The notes under the pieces are model-generated. The model searched no databases and was not told the DNA's origin. It saw only the letters and a program-made list of their open reading frames with translations. Positions 53,001 to 63,700 of a stretch of 64,000 nt of DNA are shown here, in pieces (the stretch's first letter is position 1; each line of letters begins with the position of its first letter). The stretch comes from Raillietiella orientalis. Taxonomy: Eukaryota. Both the position numbers and the translations under genes were made by a program. The DNA lies in the NCBI GenBank assembly GCA_036172245.1, contig JAYWIR010000015.1, positions 620,001-684,000 of the forward strand, read 5' to 3'.

Positions 53001-54655
53001 TCACTGTAATTTATTTGCACCTTTTCCGAAAATGCTTTGAACAGGAAGAGATAGATTCATAAATATGCATGCGCTCATGCTGCCGGCGTATTCGGAGCTC
53101 ATTTTTTCATCAAGCAAGTGCTTCCGATAACAGCGAAAAGAAGCTGCGCTCAGTGCACTAATTAATCCGATTATTGCGAAGTCTGCGGAGAGGGCAACTG
53201 AAATTAATTAACATAAGCAGGGGCTCACTTATCAATGATGACTTCCGGGCACAGGCAGCATGGCCAGCAGCAGCACGGTGGTCCTTTCAGAGGCAGCGTG
53301 GCAGGCTGCAACCTTTGAACCATTCTGTTTTCCCCACCGTAATACTCCATTATCAAACACAGGAACTGATAGAAGGCTGCGCTCAACCACCTGGTGGGAA
53401 TAGCTGCTGGATCACGGATGTCAATAAGTTGCGGGATTGCCCGGATTCGAGTTTTTTTTTTTTTTTTTTTTCTCGGTTCGTTCCGCGGTGGATGCTGCGA
53501 TCTCTTCTCAGTTCGAGAAATTTCGAGGTACTTCCAGTCGCACCGGACTGCATGGAGGAAAGGAAGTTCGTTTGAAATTTCGTTTGAAATTTCAAACAAA
53601 AAGCGCGCCTTCCAGAAAGAAGCCGGAAAAACACGTGCACGCGCCTACAAAACTATTAGAAGGGGCAGACTGGATTCAAAATAACGCCACACTTCTACTT
53701 CTACGATGACAAGCACAGTCGATCATAAAGTACACGCACTCTTGACACGGATTGGCAGAGGAAGTTCGTACAATACGAGGTCGGCACGATGACCAACATC
53801 GAAACTGACTCGGTTTTTCCTCCATGCAGGGGTGGATCAAATTAAAGAACGAACACAATGGTGTTCTTGCAAGAAAGAGCATCTTTTGGAAAGATGCATC
53901 ATCTCGATGCGTCGTTTTTTTTTTTTTGGAAGGGAGGGAGGGGGAATTATTCCTTTGAGTCATGGATTTGTGACCTAGTTTCGTATTTCACAAGTCCAGT
54001 GTTTCTCTGGCTAGAAGGTTGAGTCCTTCCACTGAGCATGTGAACTGCCTTCATGAGGTGGACTTTTTTTTAATAATGAAAGTGATTTCTTTTTTTTTAA
54101 GAATATGAAAATCAATAAGCCTGTTTTTGTATATATGATTTTTTTTTTAAAAAAAAAAAAACAAACAAACAAACAAAAACCTCTTCAACTGTTCTACTTA
54201 CACTTGACCACAGTTGTAACACACGTCTTGTGCTTTTGGTATAAGAATAGGTAAAACACAAGTGATTCCCATGACCTGGAAGTGCACAAATGAGAACACG
54301 AAATATGATTCCACAACTTACTGGATAGATGGAAAGAACAGCAATTGAAGGCGATTTCTGCCTCGATGGATATTTTTGAGAAATATAGTGTGCTTCATCC
54401 AAGAAGATGAATATTAGAAACACTTCCACGAGTATGCAAACACTCAAGAATATTATTGCGCTGATCCCAAAGTCTTAGGCAACCAGGTTATTGAAGGAAA
54501 CAACTGAGATGAACTGGAGATGAATTTTTTTGCATACCTCCAAAAAAGTCTCTGGTAGATGGAAGGAAAACCAAGAATTCCCTCGTGCAATTGCGTTCTG
54601 AAGAGTTAGTGATTGGATTATGAGAAGTCACATCATAATGTATATTATCTCCCAT
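37445..54655 (-). CDS. SLC51A: Organic solute transporter subunit alpha-like protein (OST-alpha/TMEM184 family), 6 coding exons, 421 aa
   Basis: Exons 54655-54538, 54473-54322, 54275-54202, 53390-53229, 43644-43533 and 38092-37445 total 1266 nt; all introns are GT-AG and phases join (1,0,2,2,0). The protein has about 7 TM segments and the motifs VLSIYPV...LIPKA, EYYGGE, the Cys tract GPPCCCWPCCLCP, IIQLPISQ, KFMVLEFVLIFAKVQ, LPCKYPLS and EMIVLSVLARFLYKR. An in-frame ATG at 54667 would add 4 aa. Confidence 0.9.
38250..38830 (-). mobile_element. Decayed LINE RT fragment in OST intron 5
   Basis: MNMSRAFDS (LDMSKAFD.V), followed at plausible spacing by GLIPGSKRPLS (G.PQG..LSP). Confidence 0.4.
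39300..40900 (-). mobile_element. Decayed R4/Dong-like element (copy 4) in OST intron 5
   Basis: On the - strand: APRAAARQLARRGLRAL (HP.A...RL...GGRGL), AAAAED (AAQD) and TDACRR...LREHV...TLGEERTGSAT (D.CR.C...ET.EH...LA..EY..RH). Confidence 0.4.
40945..41270 (+). repeat. Degenerate minisatellite of about 18-nt period (consensus near GTCGGCTCATCATCGTGT)
   Basis: Successive units gtcggctcatgactgtgc, tctgactcatcatcgtgta, tcgcctcatcttcggtct, tcggctcagcatctgtct and gtcagctgatcttcgtgtc. Confidence 0.65.
41430..41501. other. 72-nt near-perfect hairpin (pre-miRNA-like or MITE-like)
   Basis: 41430-41461 pairs with 41470-41501 as 30 Watson-Crick pairs plus 2 G.U pairs on the + strand, with an 8-nt loop. 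The structure is certain; any function is unknown. Confidence 0.7.
41600..43400 (-). mobile_element. Possible decayed R2-superfamily (HERO/NeSL-like) non-LTR remnant
   Basis: On the - strand: LQFALKWPADD (.F.L....D.LP), a Cys/His knuckle-like stretch and TVDRRRKISAGW (T..RPDI..W). Weak. Confidence 0.25.
43533..43644 (-). CDS. SLC51A: OST-alpha-like gene, coding exon 5
   Basis: ctcgtttccag|G AAG GCT...GGA AAG|gtaggt; encodes KALKILKASIIQLPISQALLFLLVVSLSMGGWYTPGK. Phase 2 in and phase 0 out match both neighbouring exons. Confidence 0.88.
44050..46300 (-). mobile_element. Decayed RTE-like LINE in OST intron 4
   Basis: On the - strand: DFSTKELQDLPFLC..PEE (GFR..RST.D.IF.L...EK) and the 3' segment LWMARIPGAY...RGHSKGRPPRILTD (RLRW.GH...G.R..GRP...W.D). 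Confidence 0.45.
46350..47800 (-). mobile_element. Possible decayed Ty3/Gypsy gag-pro-RT remnant
   Basis: On the - strand: CGHRSHATTCP (knuckle), SDGLGSVL (D.ILG.DFL) and EAIKGKIADGI..RW (EV..ML..GII...W). Weak. Confidence 0.3.
48300..51150 (+). mobile_element. Decayed R4/Dong-like element (copy 5) in OST intron 4
   Basis: On the + strand: LEKKPRSLKERKRK (L..EQKG), ARRGMFPGKLLP (RGIFQGD.LSP), KVRLHPCFGSGCSKL, EEIRSSEEDECTRQL, HPQETGHGR, PTSGFVLLAA and QEMVDNLLSIC (ET.DHL.S.C). Confidence 0.5.
51200..51900 (-). mobile_element. Decayed LINE RT fragment
   Basis: ISGAVQRGWKTISRKPVPRP..ENVFRG (G.VP..WK.A.V.P..K...NYR). Confidence 0.35.
53229..53390 (-). CDS. SLC51A: OST-alpha-like gene, coding exon 4 (Cys-rich tract)
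   Basis: cccaccag|G TGG...GAT AA|gtgagc; encodes WLSAAFYQFLCLIMEYYGGENRMVQRLQPATLPLKGPPCCCWPCCLCPEVIID. Confidence 0.9.
54202..54655 (-). CDS. SLC51A: OST-alpha-like gene, coding exons 1-3 (introns of 64 and 46 nt)
   Basis: MGDNIH...LPSTRDFFG / DFGISAIIFLSVCILVEVFLIFIFLDEAHYISQKYPSRQKSPSIAVLSIYP / VMGITCVLPILIPKAQDVCYNCGQV; donors are gtatgc, gtaagt and gtaagt. Confidence 0.88.
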
Positions 54656-54779
54656 ATCACGTGGCATGAAAAATTCTGTTCGCCTTCATTGCTTATTTAC
54701 TCAGTGGAACCTGAAAGCAGCAAACACGAGATGCAGGACAAGAGTTTGTATTCATGATCTTTGCAACTCTTTAGGAAAA

Positions 54780-55500
54780 TAATCCTGACAGGGTGGAAAC
54801 CCTGGACTCGTCTCAAAAGATGCACCATGAATTACAATGTAACAAGGATCTTATCCATCAATTATGGATTTTCTCATACGGTGGAGAAAACAGTGGCATT
54901 TTTGATATATTAGACGGCAAGCTACTCCGAACGCTCTCATCAAATCAGGACAAATATCCTCTCACAAGGGGACCCCCACCTCCCATCGATGTTTGAGGGT
55001 CAACATTTACATACAAATTACTATCCCGAGACGAGACGAGGACTGGGAAAATATACATCTTCTCTCAACAAAATCAATCTACAGTTGTCAAGGGCTACAT
55101 CGGAGCACACAGGTCTGCTGCATCTGGTGCGTTCTTCACATACACAAGATGGGTGATCAGACAAAGGAAAATTTTATTAAAAATCGAACACCGGAGGTTG
55201 TTGGCCTGTAAGGGGATCAATTTACTCTCTTCCCAGATGGGAAACCGAACGACCTTTCGAAGCGTCTTATCTTTCAATCAAACAAAAAACACGGATGTTC
55301 AGGTTGCAGTACTTTATTTTCCTGCTTATGGTGTCGTCACACCACTTCTCATTGTCCTTTTCCAATCAACTCAAGAGAGCAGCTCAGAATGGATTCATCT
55401 AGAGCGAAGTGTTCAGGTTTGGGATGATTGGATGTTTCGATTGCCAACACGGATCGAACAAGGTGAAAGTGAGAGTGACAACGAAAGATAAAGCATCGGA
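54780..55500 (+). mobile_element. Decayed Penelope-like element fragment
   Basis: WIFSYGGENSGIFDILDGKLLR (I.FT.E.E.NG.L.FLD..L.R), GLHRSTQVC (GL..RA..IC), FIKNRTPE (L.KNGYP) and LYFPAYGVVT (LPY.G..S), in the expected order. Confidence 0.5.
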
Positions 55501-57344
55501 GCAGAGAACCTGATAAGTGGGGAAACCATGAGGCCAGCAATGCTGACGCCCGTTACTGTGGGGGATGTGCAGCGTCCCCAGTGGGAATGCAAAGGCATTT
55601 CAAGCGCACCTGAAACACATTTTTGGCTATCGATTAGTCCGCGAGACGCGAAACCCAGGGAACGAGAAGTCGCATCCTTTTGCAAAACACGCGAAAATCC
55701 ATTCAGTCCGACTGGCGGGCGAATTGAAATCCGATTTCGCATCGGCTTGCATTCACTCCCCACCGAGTCCACTTTTGAGCCTTATGCAGTTTTTTTCTCT
55801 CTCTCTCTCTGTCTTCCTTTCTCTCCCTACCATTCCGTCGATTCCTCTGAACGAGTGAAGATCGGTTTTTCCTTAATTCGCGTATCGAAGGATTCGGAAA
55901 TGCTCGTTCGGTACCAAATAGCCACCGCTTCGATGGGTGATTTCTAAATCTAATGGTATGCGAAGAATAGCCGGCCATTATGTAACAGGCGTTCATCCAT
56001 GGAAATGAGCTTTCTGGTGGCCACGGAATTCGCTAATCTCCGAGTGTTGCGAATGGAGTGTCGGTGGATTAATTCGAAACCGACGATTTAGTGATGCCTC
56101 GAAGATGTCTCTCCTGAAGATCTCTCTCACTAAACTACCTGCCCATTCTAATAGCTCGTGTCTGCACGATCTCTGCTGCTTACACGTCCTTCCATCCCCT
56201 ATGCAATCAGAGCGTCATCGCTTTCCGTTTACGCGATCATTTCTATCTTGAGTTGAACTAGAAGTGGACTGCAGAGTCTAATTTGAAACCCCAGAACGGA
56301 TTCCGAAGAAGAGTTGGCGTGCACTCGATCCAACGAACCTCACGCAACAGGTGCGTCACATTTAGCCGTGATGGAACGAGATACACAGAGGAGGCTGCTC
56401 CAGCGATCGAAATCCTTCCTAGTTCACCTCTCCATGTATTACGACTGCACGCAGGAAAAAAAAAAAAAAGAAGCACGATCATTCCTTCATTCTCGGTATG
56501 TCTATTGCGAATGGTCCTGAAGACAACCCAATGACCAGACGACAGAGCAAGGTGTCAAGGAACGCTGCAGAGCCCGTTTGCTGAGAGAACTGACGGCAAA
56601 GTTGGCGGTCCATCAACTTCCCGTAGGTGATACATGCGAGGGTTTCTCTGAGTGCTTTTTCACATCTTACCGGCTTCTGCAATCCTCAGCATGTTAAGCA
56701 GCAAAAGGAAGAGACGAAGCTCCCGTTTCTTCTCAACTACCAGCTCCGATTCGTAGAGCATGTCTTTGCCCTTCCGTTCCACCTATAGAAGTCGGCAGGA
56801 GGGATCTACAGCCCGAGAACGGTTTCATCCAGGGACAAGCGATCCTTAACTAGAGTCGAAAGAATGTTGTTTCCTTCGGACTCCAAGATGAGAAGTTCTT
56901 CCGGGTTCTGCTTCGCTGTTTTCCCTTCCAGCTTTCCTCTTTCGGATTTTTTCTTTTGGTTCGCTGAAGCACTGAAGAACGTTCGCCTGGGGTCTCATCT
57001 CAAGCTCTTTAACACGGTCCACGCCACCCGGAGATGTGTGTAGTAACCTTTCCTTTCGAGTTTGGGGGTACCCCGGGAGAGGACAGCCTTACGAATCCAC
57101 GAAGGGCCTCTGGAGAAAGGAGCCCGTCTCTCTTATCCTTGGGAGGGAACCTTGAAGGAAACATTCCAAATTTCTCTGGAAGAACCGCGGAGGGTCGACT
57201 TCCAATCCTGGTCAGTCAACGGGGGCGTCCGGGGATTTCCGGCTTCCACCAGCGCCGCATCCGAAGCCTATCGGTCAACAATCGTCACACTGTGGGAGGA
57301 GCTCGAAACCCACGAGGCACCCTTTTCTCTAGCGTCGAGCCTCC

Positions 57345-57935
57345 ACGCGGAGACTCGAACCCGCAACCCTTGGTACCACGCGCGGAGACCGCAGCGAGGT
57401 CGAGAACCTGCAGGTTCCTGGTGGTGGTGAGAGGTCTCTATCATGTGGCGAGATGTGTTGGCTTGCATTGCACGCGTTGCGTGCCTTTCCCCTGCACCGT
57501 GGAACCATGAAGAAGCAGGCACGAGAGACTGCCTAAAGGGAAGTGAAAGGGTTTTTTAGGAGATTTCCTTTTTCCTGTTCTCCAAGTACTCAAGGGCCTT
57601 CGCTTTACTCCGCAGGGGCATCGGAGCGGCTCGACAGAGCCTCCGCGTGAGGGTTAGCAAGGCTTTCCCACTGTCACGAACCCGAGGTGCGTGGGAGAAA
57701 CGGGTAAGGTAACCCCGAAAGGTCCGCTACCGATTCTCGGCTTGTCAACGCAGCATCCGGCCTCGGATACGAGAATCGGCCCACCAATGAACACCCAGAG
57801 CCTAGGACCATCCCAATGTTAGCATGAAGAGCACGGCAGCACGGTACACCCAGCTCGGAGTCGATCCATTACGGGTATTCGAACCCCCGACGATCGGGTG
57901 CCTCACATGGACGCCGCGACTGCTCGGCTGCCAAC
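57345..57935 (-). repeat. Two possible tRNA-derived SINE head remnants (about 57345-57410 and 57865-57935)
   Basis: B-box-like GGTTCGAGTC and GGTTCGAATAC on the - strand; the second has an A-box-like GCAGCCGAGCAGT upstream. No full cloverleaf. Confidence 0.3.
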
Positions 57936-58099
57936 ACGGGCCATGCGGCTTTTGGGCAATTCGGGGGCACACTGCAGTTGGTCAGGGACTGCGATCCCGC
58001 AGCCGGATGGGCTTCCCATCACGACAAACTCTTGCATTCCTGTCTGGGAACCACACATTCCTCTGAGGCTTCCACTCCCGAATACTTCTGTCCTACAAA

Positions 58100-60400
58100 G
58101 GAAGCCGACCAATGAAATTCAGTCTGACAGAGAGTGTGAATGGGGTGCGTAAAATAGGACGGACGAAGCTTCTCTTGGCAAGCAGAAACTTCTTCAGGAA
58201 CCCCTTTAAGTGAGGCAAAGGCATGGGTCACCACCATTCAACAAGATCACTCAGATATACGAAAGGGCGGCCGTCGAAGCGTAGGCGAATCCTTGCGGCA
58301 AGCAACATTTCGTTCGCGGCGAGAGTGGAAGGGAAGGAATCTCCAAGAGAAAGAATGGATGGACCATCTATCATAAGGGGCACGGGCGAAAGCGGAAGGA
58401 AGAGACGACGGGTGTCAGCTTTCGTTTGCAAGGCATGGATCGGGTTCCAGAAAGGCTGCTTCTGGAGCAACCGGGCCAGCTTGATTGCTGCGAACAAGAA
58501 CACTCTTGCCTCTATCGCTGCAGTGTTCGTTGAGGGAAGCTACAGGAAAAGGGACTTCAAGGTTTGGTTCCGAAAAATAGAAGGTGAAGAATGTTTGGCT
58601 GCTTTCCCTTCTTTCAAGGGTCTTGTAGGAAATTTTCGCATCTCGAAGAAAAATAATTGCTGGATAGAGATGGTCTGAAACTCCGATCTGATACGGATGT
58701 AAGCATCCTTTTCGCCGCCCATTTGAGTAGCTCTTAGGTAAAAATTCGCCACCAAGAACCTGCGGTCTTAGGTAAAGTCTTAGGTAAAGGCATCATTTTT
58801 TTCCTGGAGACCATCTTGCTGACCTCAAAGACGGAAAGACCGCAGGAACGGAAGCTGCTCGGGACGGAAGCACATTTGGCAAGATGAATGCTCAGACAAA
58901 AGCTTCATCCCAGATTTTCGACCCTGCCCAAGTCAGGAGCTCACTACATCAAGGAACCTACTCTAGTGTTGAAATCTCGGATTGCCCCCCATGACTCGTA
59001 GTACCGTTCCGTATGTATGGCTGATGACGCTTACGGCGGGTCGCTGCCCTCAAGCGTCGTCAGCTAAAAGTCGAAGGGCAGCAAACTCAGAATGAGATAC
59101 GAATGCAGAAGTCACGAAGAAAGGGGTCTTTGAAACAGCAGCAACAAAGGAAACGAGGAGAAGCTCTATAAACTGCCTCACAGAGGAAAGTCGTCGGTCC
59201 AGAGGGAAATTCGAATCGGAAATCCGTCGTAAAAGCAATAAGGAAAGTCAAGGACGCGGGATTCTTGGTTTTGAACTATTTGAAAATTACTTGGGATTGG
59301 AAAGTCGAAGGTGCAATGAGGTCGAAGTAACAAGGCAGGCAGTAAAAAAGTGGCCATCGATGGGTTGCAGAACTATCGGCTTCCAAACGGAGAGAAAGGT
59401 TCCGGGAAAAGACGCAACTCAATTAGAAAGTTGCTCTTCTGCAAAGCAAAGTCGAGAGGAAACGATGGTTTCAAGGTAACACCACGAGAGGCAGAGGAGA
59501 CGCAGGACGACCTGAACCTCCACCACCATAAATTCTTGCTGCTCAACCGACGGTGTGAGCTTCAAGGCAAAAAGGATGTACCGGTGGATGGAGAGCAGTT
59601 GATTCGAGCAGACTACGAGGAATAAAAGGAATTTCCTTCTTCCGAAGAGCACGGGAAATTCCTGGCAAGATTCGACCTTTTGCGTCTCGCGCAGTGGTTT
59701 CCAGGCCGTCTGTTGCCAGAAAGCACCTACAAAACACGAGTGAACACGTAGAGAGGAAACTTAAAAACAGGGGCGGAGGGGATCGGAGAACAGCTAAAAT
59801 TCTGAGGAAAATGGAAAATGAAAGGGACCTCCTGCCAAGAGTCGTAAAACGAGGGGAGGAAGAAGAAGAAGAAAAAAAAACGGAAAAAAAAGTGAGGCGT
59901 GAGCGAAACGAGCAAACCGAGCTTTTCGTGCAAACGTTCCTCCAAGGCTTCAGGGTCACCCAACTCTAAGGAAACGGAGGGGACTGCATACTCCAGTGCT
60001 GCAATCCTTTCCTACGAAAGAGTCCGGGAAGGAATGGCGAGTGGCCGTGGGGATCCGAGAGAGCCAAGCAGTCCCGGGGAAGGGAAACCCTCACGAAACG
60101 GCACTCTCAGACCTTTATCGCGATGGCCTGCCAGGCGGACGCCGATTTTGCTCCCGCATGCTGCGGGAACGCCGCGATGCGACTTCGACTGACATCTATG
60201 GAGCGCAAGGGCTACTAGCCCACAGCAAGTGATCACTGCAAAAATCGACCCACCGGTACACGTGTGTGTGTACGTCGAGCGCAAACGGACACTTGGAGTG
60301 CACACGGTGTTTCTTAGAACGGAGCCCCGGAAAATCTTTTAACAAAGTGAGAGGGAGTTTCTGCTGGAATTGCTGCGATGAAACACCCACCTGAAGAACA
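58100..60400 (+). mobile_element. Decayed R2-superfamily (R4/Dong-like) element (copy 6)
   Basis: KAWIGFQKG (AWID..KA), HHFFPGDHL (HL.F.DDL), TRQAVKKW...ERKVPGKDATQLE and RFCSRMLRERRDATSTDIYGAQGLLAHS (CRMC...ET..HI...C..LA). Confidence 0.45.
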
Positions 60401-61269
60401 CGCTAGAAGCGGAACATCGATTTAATTTTCCTTCGCTGCACCGTTGAGATTGCTGGCACCGTTAAGGCAGTCCGTGTACGTTGCTGCTTTTACAGGATCC
60501 TTGACGTGGTCGCTGGTGCAATCGACACGTCCCACCCATTCGATCCCAGCCGGTTCAATTTGGAATCTGTAAAATCGCTTCCATCTTGCCAGGATGGAAA
60601 TCTTGCTGTTTCTTCACACACTGTGCCTTTTGAAAAAATCTTCGCATTAGGAGCGGCACCGGAACCAAATTTCGATGAACCTTTTCATCACTCTCCCGCA
60701 TTTCTGTTCTAGTTCTGTTTGGGCTGACTTTTTCCTAGATCAAAGATCCAGGTGCTTTCGCTCGATCTCACGATTCGGTCCTAGTTGAGGCAACCTTTCC
60801 TGTTTCCTCCGCGCGTACGTTTTCTCATTTTCTCAAAAAAAAGAAAAAAAAGGTAAACATAGCTGTTCCCTTTCAAGCTAATCATTTTTCCACGAGTGGC
60901 TTATCAGGACTTCGGCAACTGTCACGTGATGGGGAATTCGGAAAGCACTCCGGGATGAGCAAAAGCGAAAAATGGATGACCAGCAATTTGCGTGCGGCAT
61001 AATTCCTTGATTAACGAGAGATCATAATTACCGTTATTCTTGTAATGAATTGTAACTGATCTGTGCTCTGAAGAGCAGTGAGCAGTTTTCTTTCTTTTTT
61101 TTGGCTTCAAAATAATGCCGCGTTTTACTCTGATGGAACTTCCATCTTTTAAGAAGAGGTTGCAGGATGGCTCAGTGCTTTAGGGGCTTCAGCCAGCAGT
61201 TCATGCTGAGAGGGAAAGAGAGGGAGAGGAAAAAGAGAATGCCAAAGAATAACAAAAAAAATCTCCCAA

Positions 61270-61810
61270 AATGCCAATGCGAAACTCCTACGTTTACAAT
61301 TTCCAAGGAAAGGAACTGCCGGCTTTTCTTGTCTTGGTTGAATTTTCTTGCCGAGAAACTCTGCATCCCAACAGGACGAGCCCAGGATTTTTGTCCGCAG
61401 GAGTCGAAAAATTAGCAGAACTTCACAAAGAGCGGCCGCGTGTCGACAACATTTGTCGAAGACATGCAGGTCCCAATCCACGTGGCCTGTGGAAGGTGCG
61501 TGTTACGGTTCGCTTCTAAAAAAAAAAAAAATATATCTATTGCTCACTATTGAATGAGTAAATGCCGAGGAATGCCTTGAAATTAGAATAGAGGCACATT
61601 AGACAGGTACTTTCCAAAGTTCGTACCAATCAGGCTTTTAGGCATCGGGTCACCGCTGAGACTGCCCATTTCATTTCTCGAAATCTCCCTGCCTTCCCCT
61701 CTGTTTCCACTCGGTCGTCTTCTCTTACTAAACTCTGCTTCCAGTTGCAGTTCTTCCAACGCATTTTGCAGGCGTGAGCACCGTATCTCCTTGATTCGAG
61801 GTAACATGCT
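61270..61810. mobile_element. Short non-LTR fragments: restriction-like endonuclease (+, about 61270-61520) and RT (-, about 61580-61810)
   Basis: ETLHPNRTSPG..RPRVDNI (L..NRPD...P.D.N) on +; SRLQNALEELQLEAEF (RL...LE...Q.GF) on -. Confidence 0.3.
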
Positions 61811-62799
61811 ACTTAGGTATGCTTATAAACAGGTATAATTGCAATAAATAATTGGTACAAAGCTGTTCGGCGTTCCACTGCCTTCCTTCAGAGACCCACG
61901 TGATCAGTGGGATGATGGTGTCCGCGTACCCATGTTTGTAATTTTACATCTGGGAAACAGCTCTCTTCGAGCTGGACTTCGTATCTCAGTCGTCCAACTT
62001 TTCCCACATCCTGGATGGCTCCTTCATGAGAGTAAAATGCTCAGACTGGATGAATACCTCCGATCTTCCTTCCGGTGTATCCTAGCTTTCTGGTGTGCCC
62101 TTCCCTTCCCTCCCTCCCTCTCCCCCCCCCCCCTTTTTCCCCCACTAATTTTTTGCATGGAATGGGTTCATGTCTTATTCCGAAGAACGTCTTCAGTTCG
62201 ATGTTATTCTTCTGTGCAATCATCTTTGTTCTCCTTTTATATCTTTAGTTTTAGAGAATGCCTATAAATAATCGAGCTCAGACCATTCAAGTGCACTGAA
62301 AAGAGGCTAGTGCACCCATTCGGATGTCCTCTCGTGTAATATAGTAAACGGAACTAACGGTTCTTCCTTAATGCTGCGTGATCGGAGTGTCGTACAATAG
62401 ATAACTGAAAAATCGATAAGACCCAACGTCAGAGTCTCCAGCTTTAGCTGTCAACGAGCTCGAAAATTTAAACCATCCAGGAAATAAAATAAGATGATGC
62501 CAAGGAGGTCAGTGGCATGTTTTTCAGGGAGATATTTTTACCCATGGGTTTCAAATATATGCTGGTAAAGAGTCAAAAGCAACGTAGTAGAAAGTGGTCC
62601 AGAAAAAAAAAAAAAAGAAACTGTGATGAAATCAGCTGATACCTATAGCCAAATGACCACTTTTTAAATGCATGCTTTGGGAAGAAAAAAAAATTGCATC
62701 CATACAAGACACCATTATGCGATACATATTCAGAGCATGAGCTGAGATCACCATCGATCATTTGTTAGGGAAACTACGCCTGGGTAAGGAAAGTTAGGA

Positions 62800-63700
62800 G
62801 TACTGAAGATGAACTGTTTCAAGCATCTTTATTTCAACAAATGATGCGATACCTCCTGGTGCAGATCTTCGTCCACATCACGACTCCTGGCCTTTGGATT
62901 TTCTTGCTAATTTCAATGCGATTTGTTTTGAGGGCAGGTCAGCAACTGGTTCAACTACTGTTTAACTGATGGATGGTGAAAAGGGACCCTTGGAGGACCT
63001 GGCATATGATTCGCGAAAACGAGCTCCAGGTTTGAGATGCAAGAGATCGACCAACAGAAGCATCCGAAGTACTTCAAAGGTCCAGATGTACGCGAAGCTG
63101 CTAAAGAGGGTGGTTTCAGTTCAGTTCAGTTCAACTTCCAATCGGCGAGAAGACATACACATATTTCAGAGAGGCGTCTCCTTCGTCCTCATTTTCTTTG
63201 GCGTGCGACGTGGTTACGCTGAAACATTTGCAGCAGCCAGAAGAAAGGCGGGTGGATTGCCAGACGTGTCATCACCCTGCACGGAACGGGAACACGAAAT
63301 TCAGAAACTTTGCCCGGGTGCTTGGGCAAGCGTCAAGGAGGAGGAAGCATTCAGGTTCATGGATTCGGGGCGGAAAAGAGCCGAAGGAACTTCGTTCCCT
63401 GCAAGGCGTCGGAGATGGAAAAGCTGCAGTTCAACATCCCAGAATTCGAAAAGTCTTTGAGAGAACCAAATTCTACGAGCCCACGCTGTTGGCGTGGAGC
63501 TCGAAGGTTTCCTTCCAGGGTAGCTTGTGATAATGCGGTGCCGTGAAGATTTCTCGAAAGAAGTGGAGTGTGGTGGTGGTGATGGCTTTTCCATCGAAAG
63601 GCAAAACCTGGCGTCAAGTGAATGAAGAAGTGGTGCCGTGTAAAGAGTAGTCGTCGACATTTTCCGCTTGCTCTCACTTGATGGACGAGTGAAACGAACA
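62800..63700 (+). mobile_element. Decayed Ty3/Gypsy integrase core remnant
   Basis: APGLRC..IRSTSKVQMYAK (WPGL...I.SC..CQ..K), FVLIFFGVRRGYAETFA (YIL..VD..TRYAEA), and AFRFMDSG...GTSFP...SQNSKSL (F..F...GI.H..TS.Y.P...N.TLK). Confidence 0.5.

Noticed and set aside
4..53390. Functional link between the DHHC enzyme and the Cys tract of OST-alpha
   Set aside because: The biochemistry is plausible, but adjacency 35 kb apart in a eukaryote is not evidence of coupling.
53740..53810. Alternative OST exon 3 (SMLVIVPTSYCTNFLCQSVSR)
   Set aside because: It has no phase-compatible strong donor, whereas 54275-54202 has canonical sites, the right phases and the IPKA motif.
57345..57935. tRNA genes
   Set aside because: Only B-box/T-arm-like pieces are present, with no acceptor stem or anticodon arm. 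Kept only as weak SINE candidates.
58733..58790. TTAGG telomeric repeat or CRISPR-like repeat
   Set aside because: There are only three cttaggtaaa units, two of them a 12-nt tandem duplication. There is no array or spacer structure.
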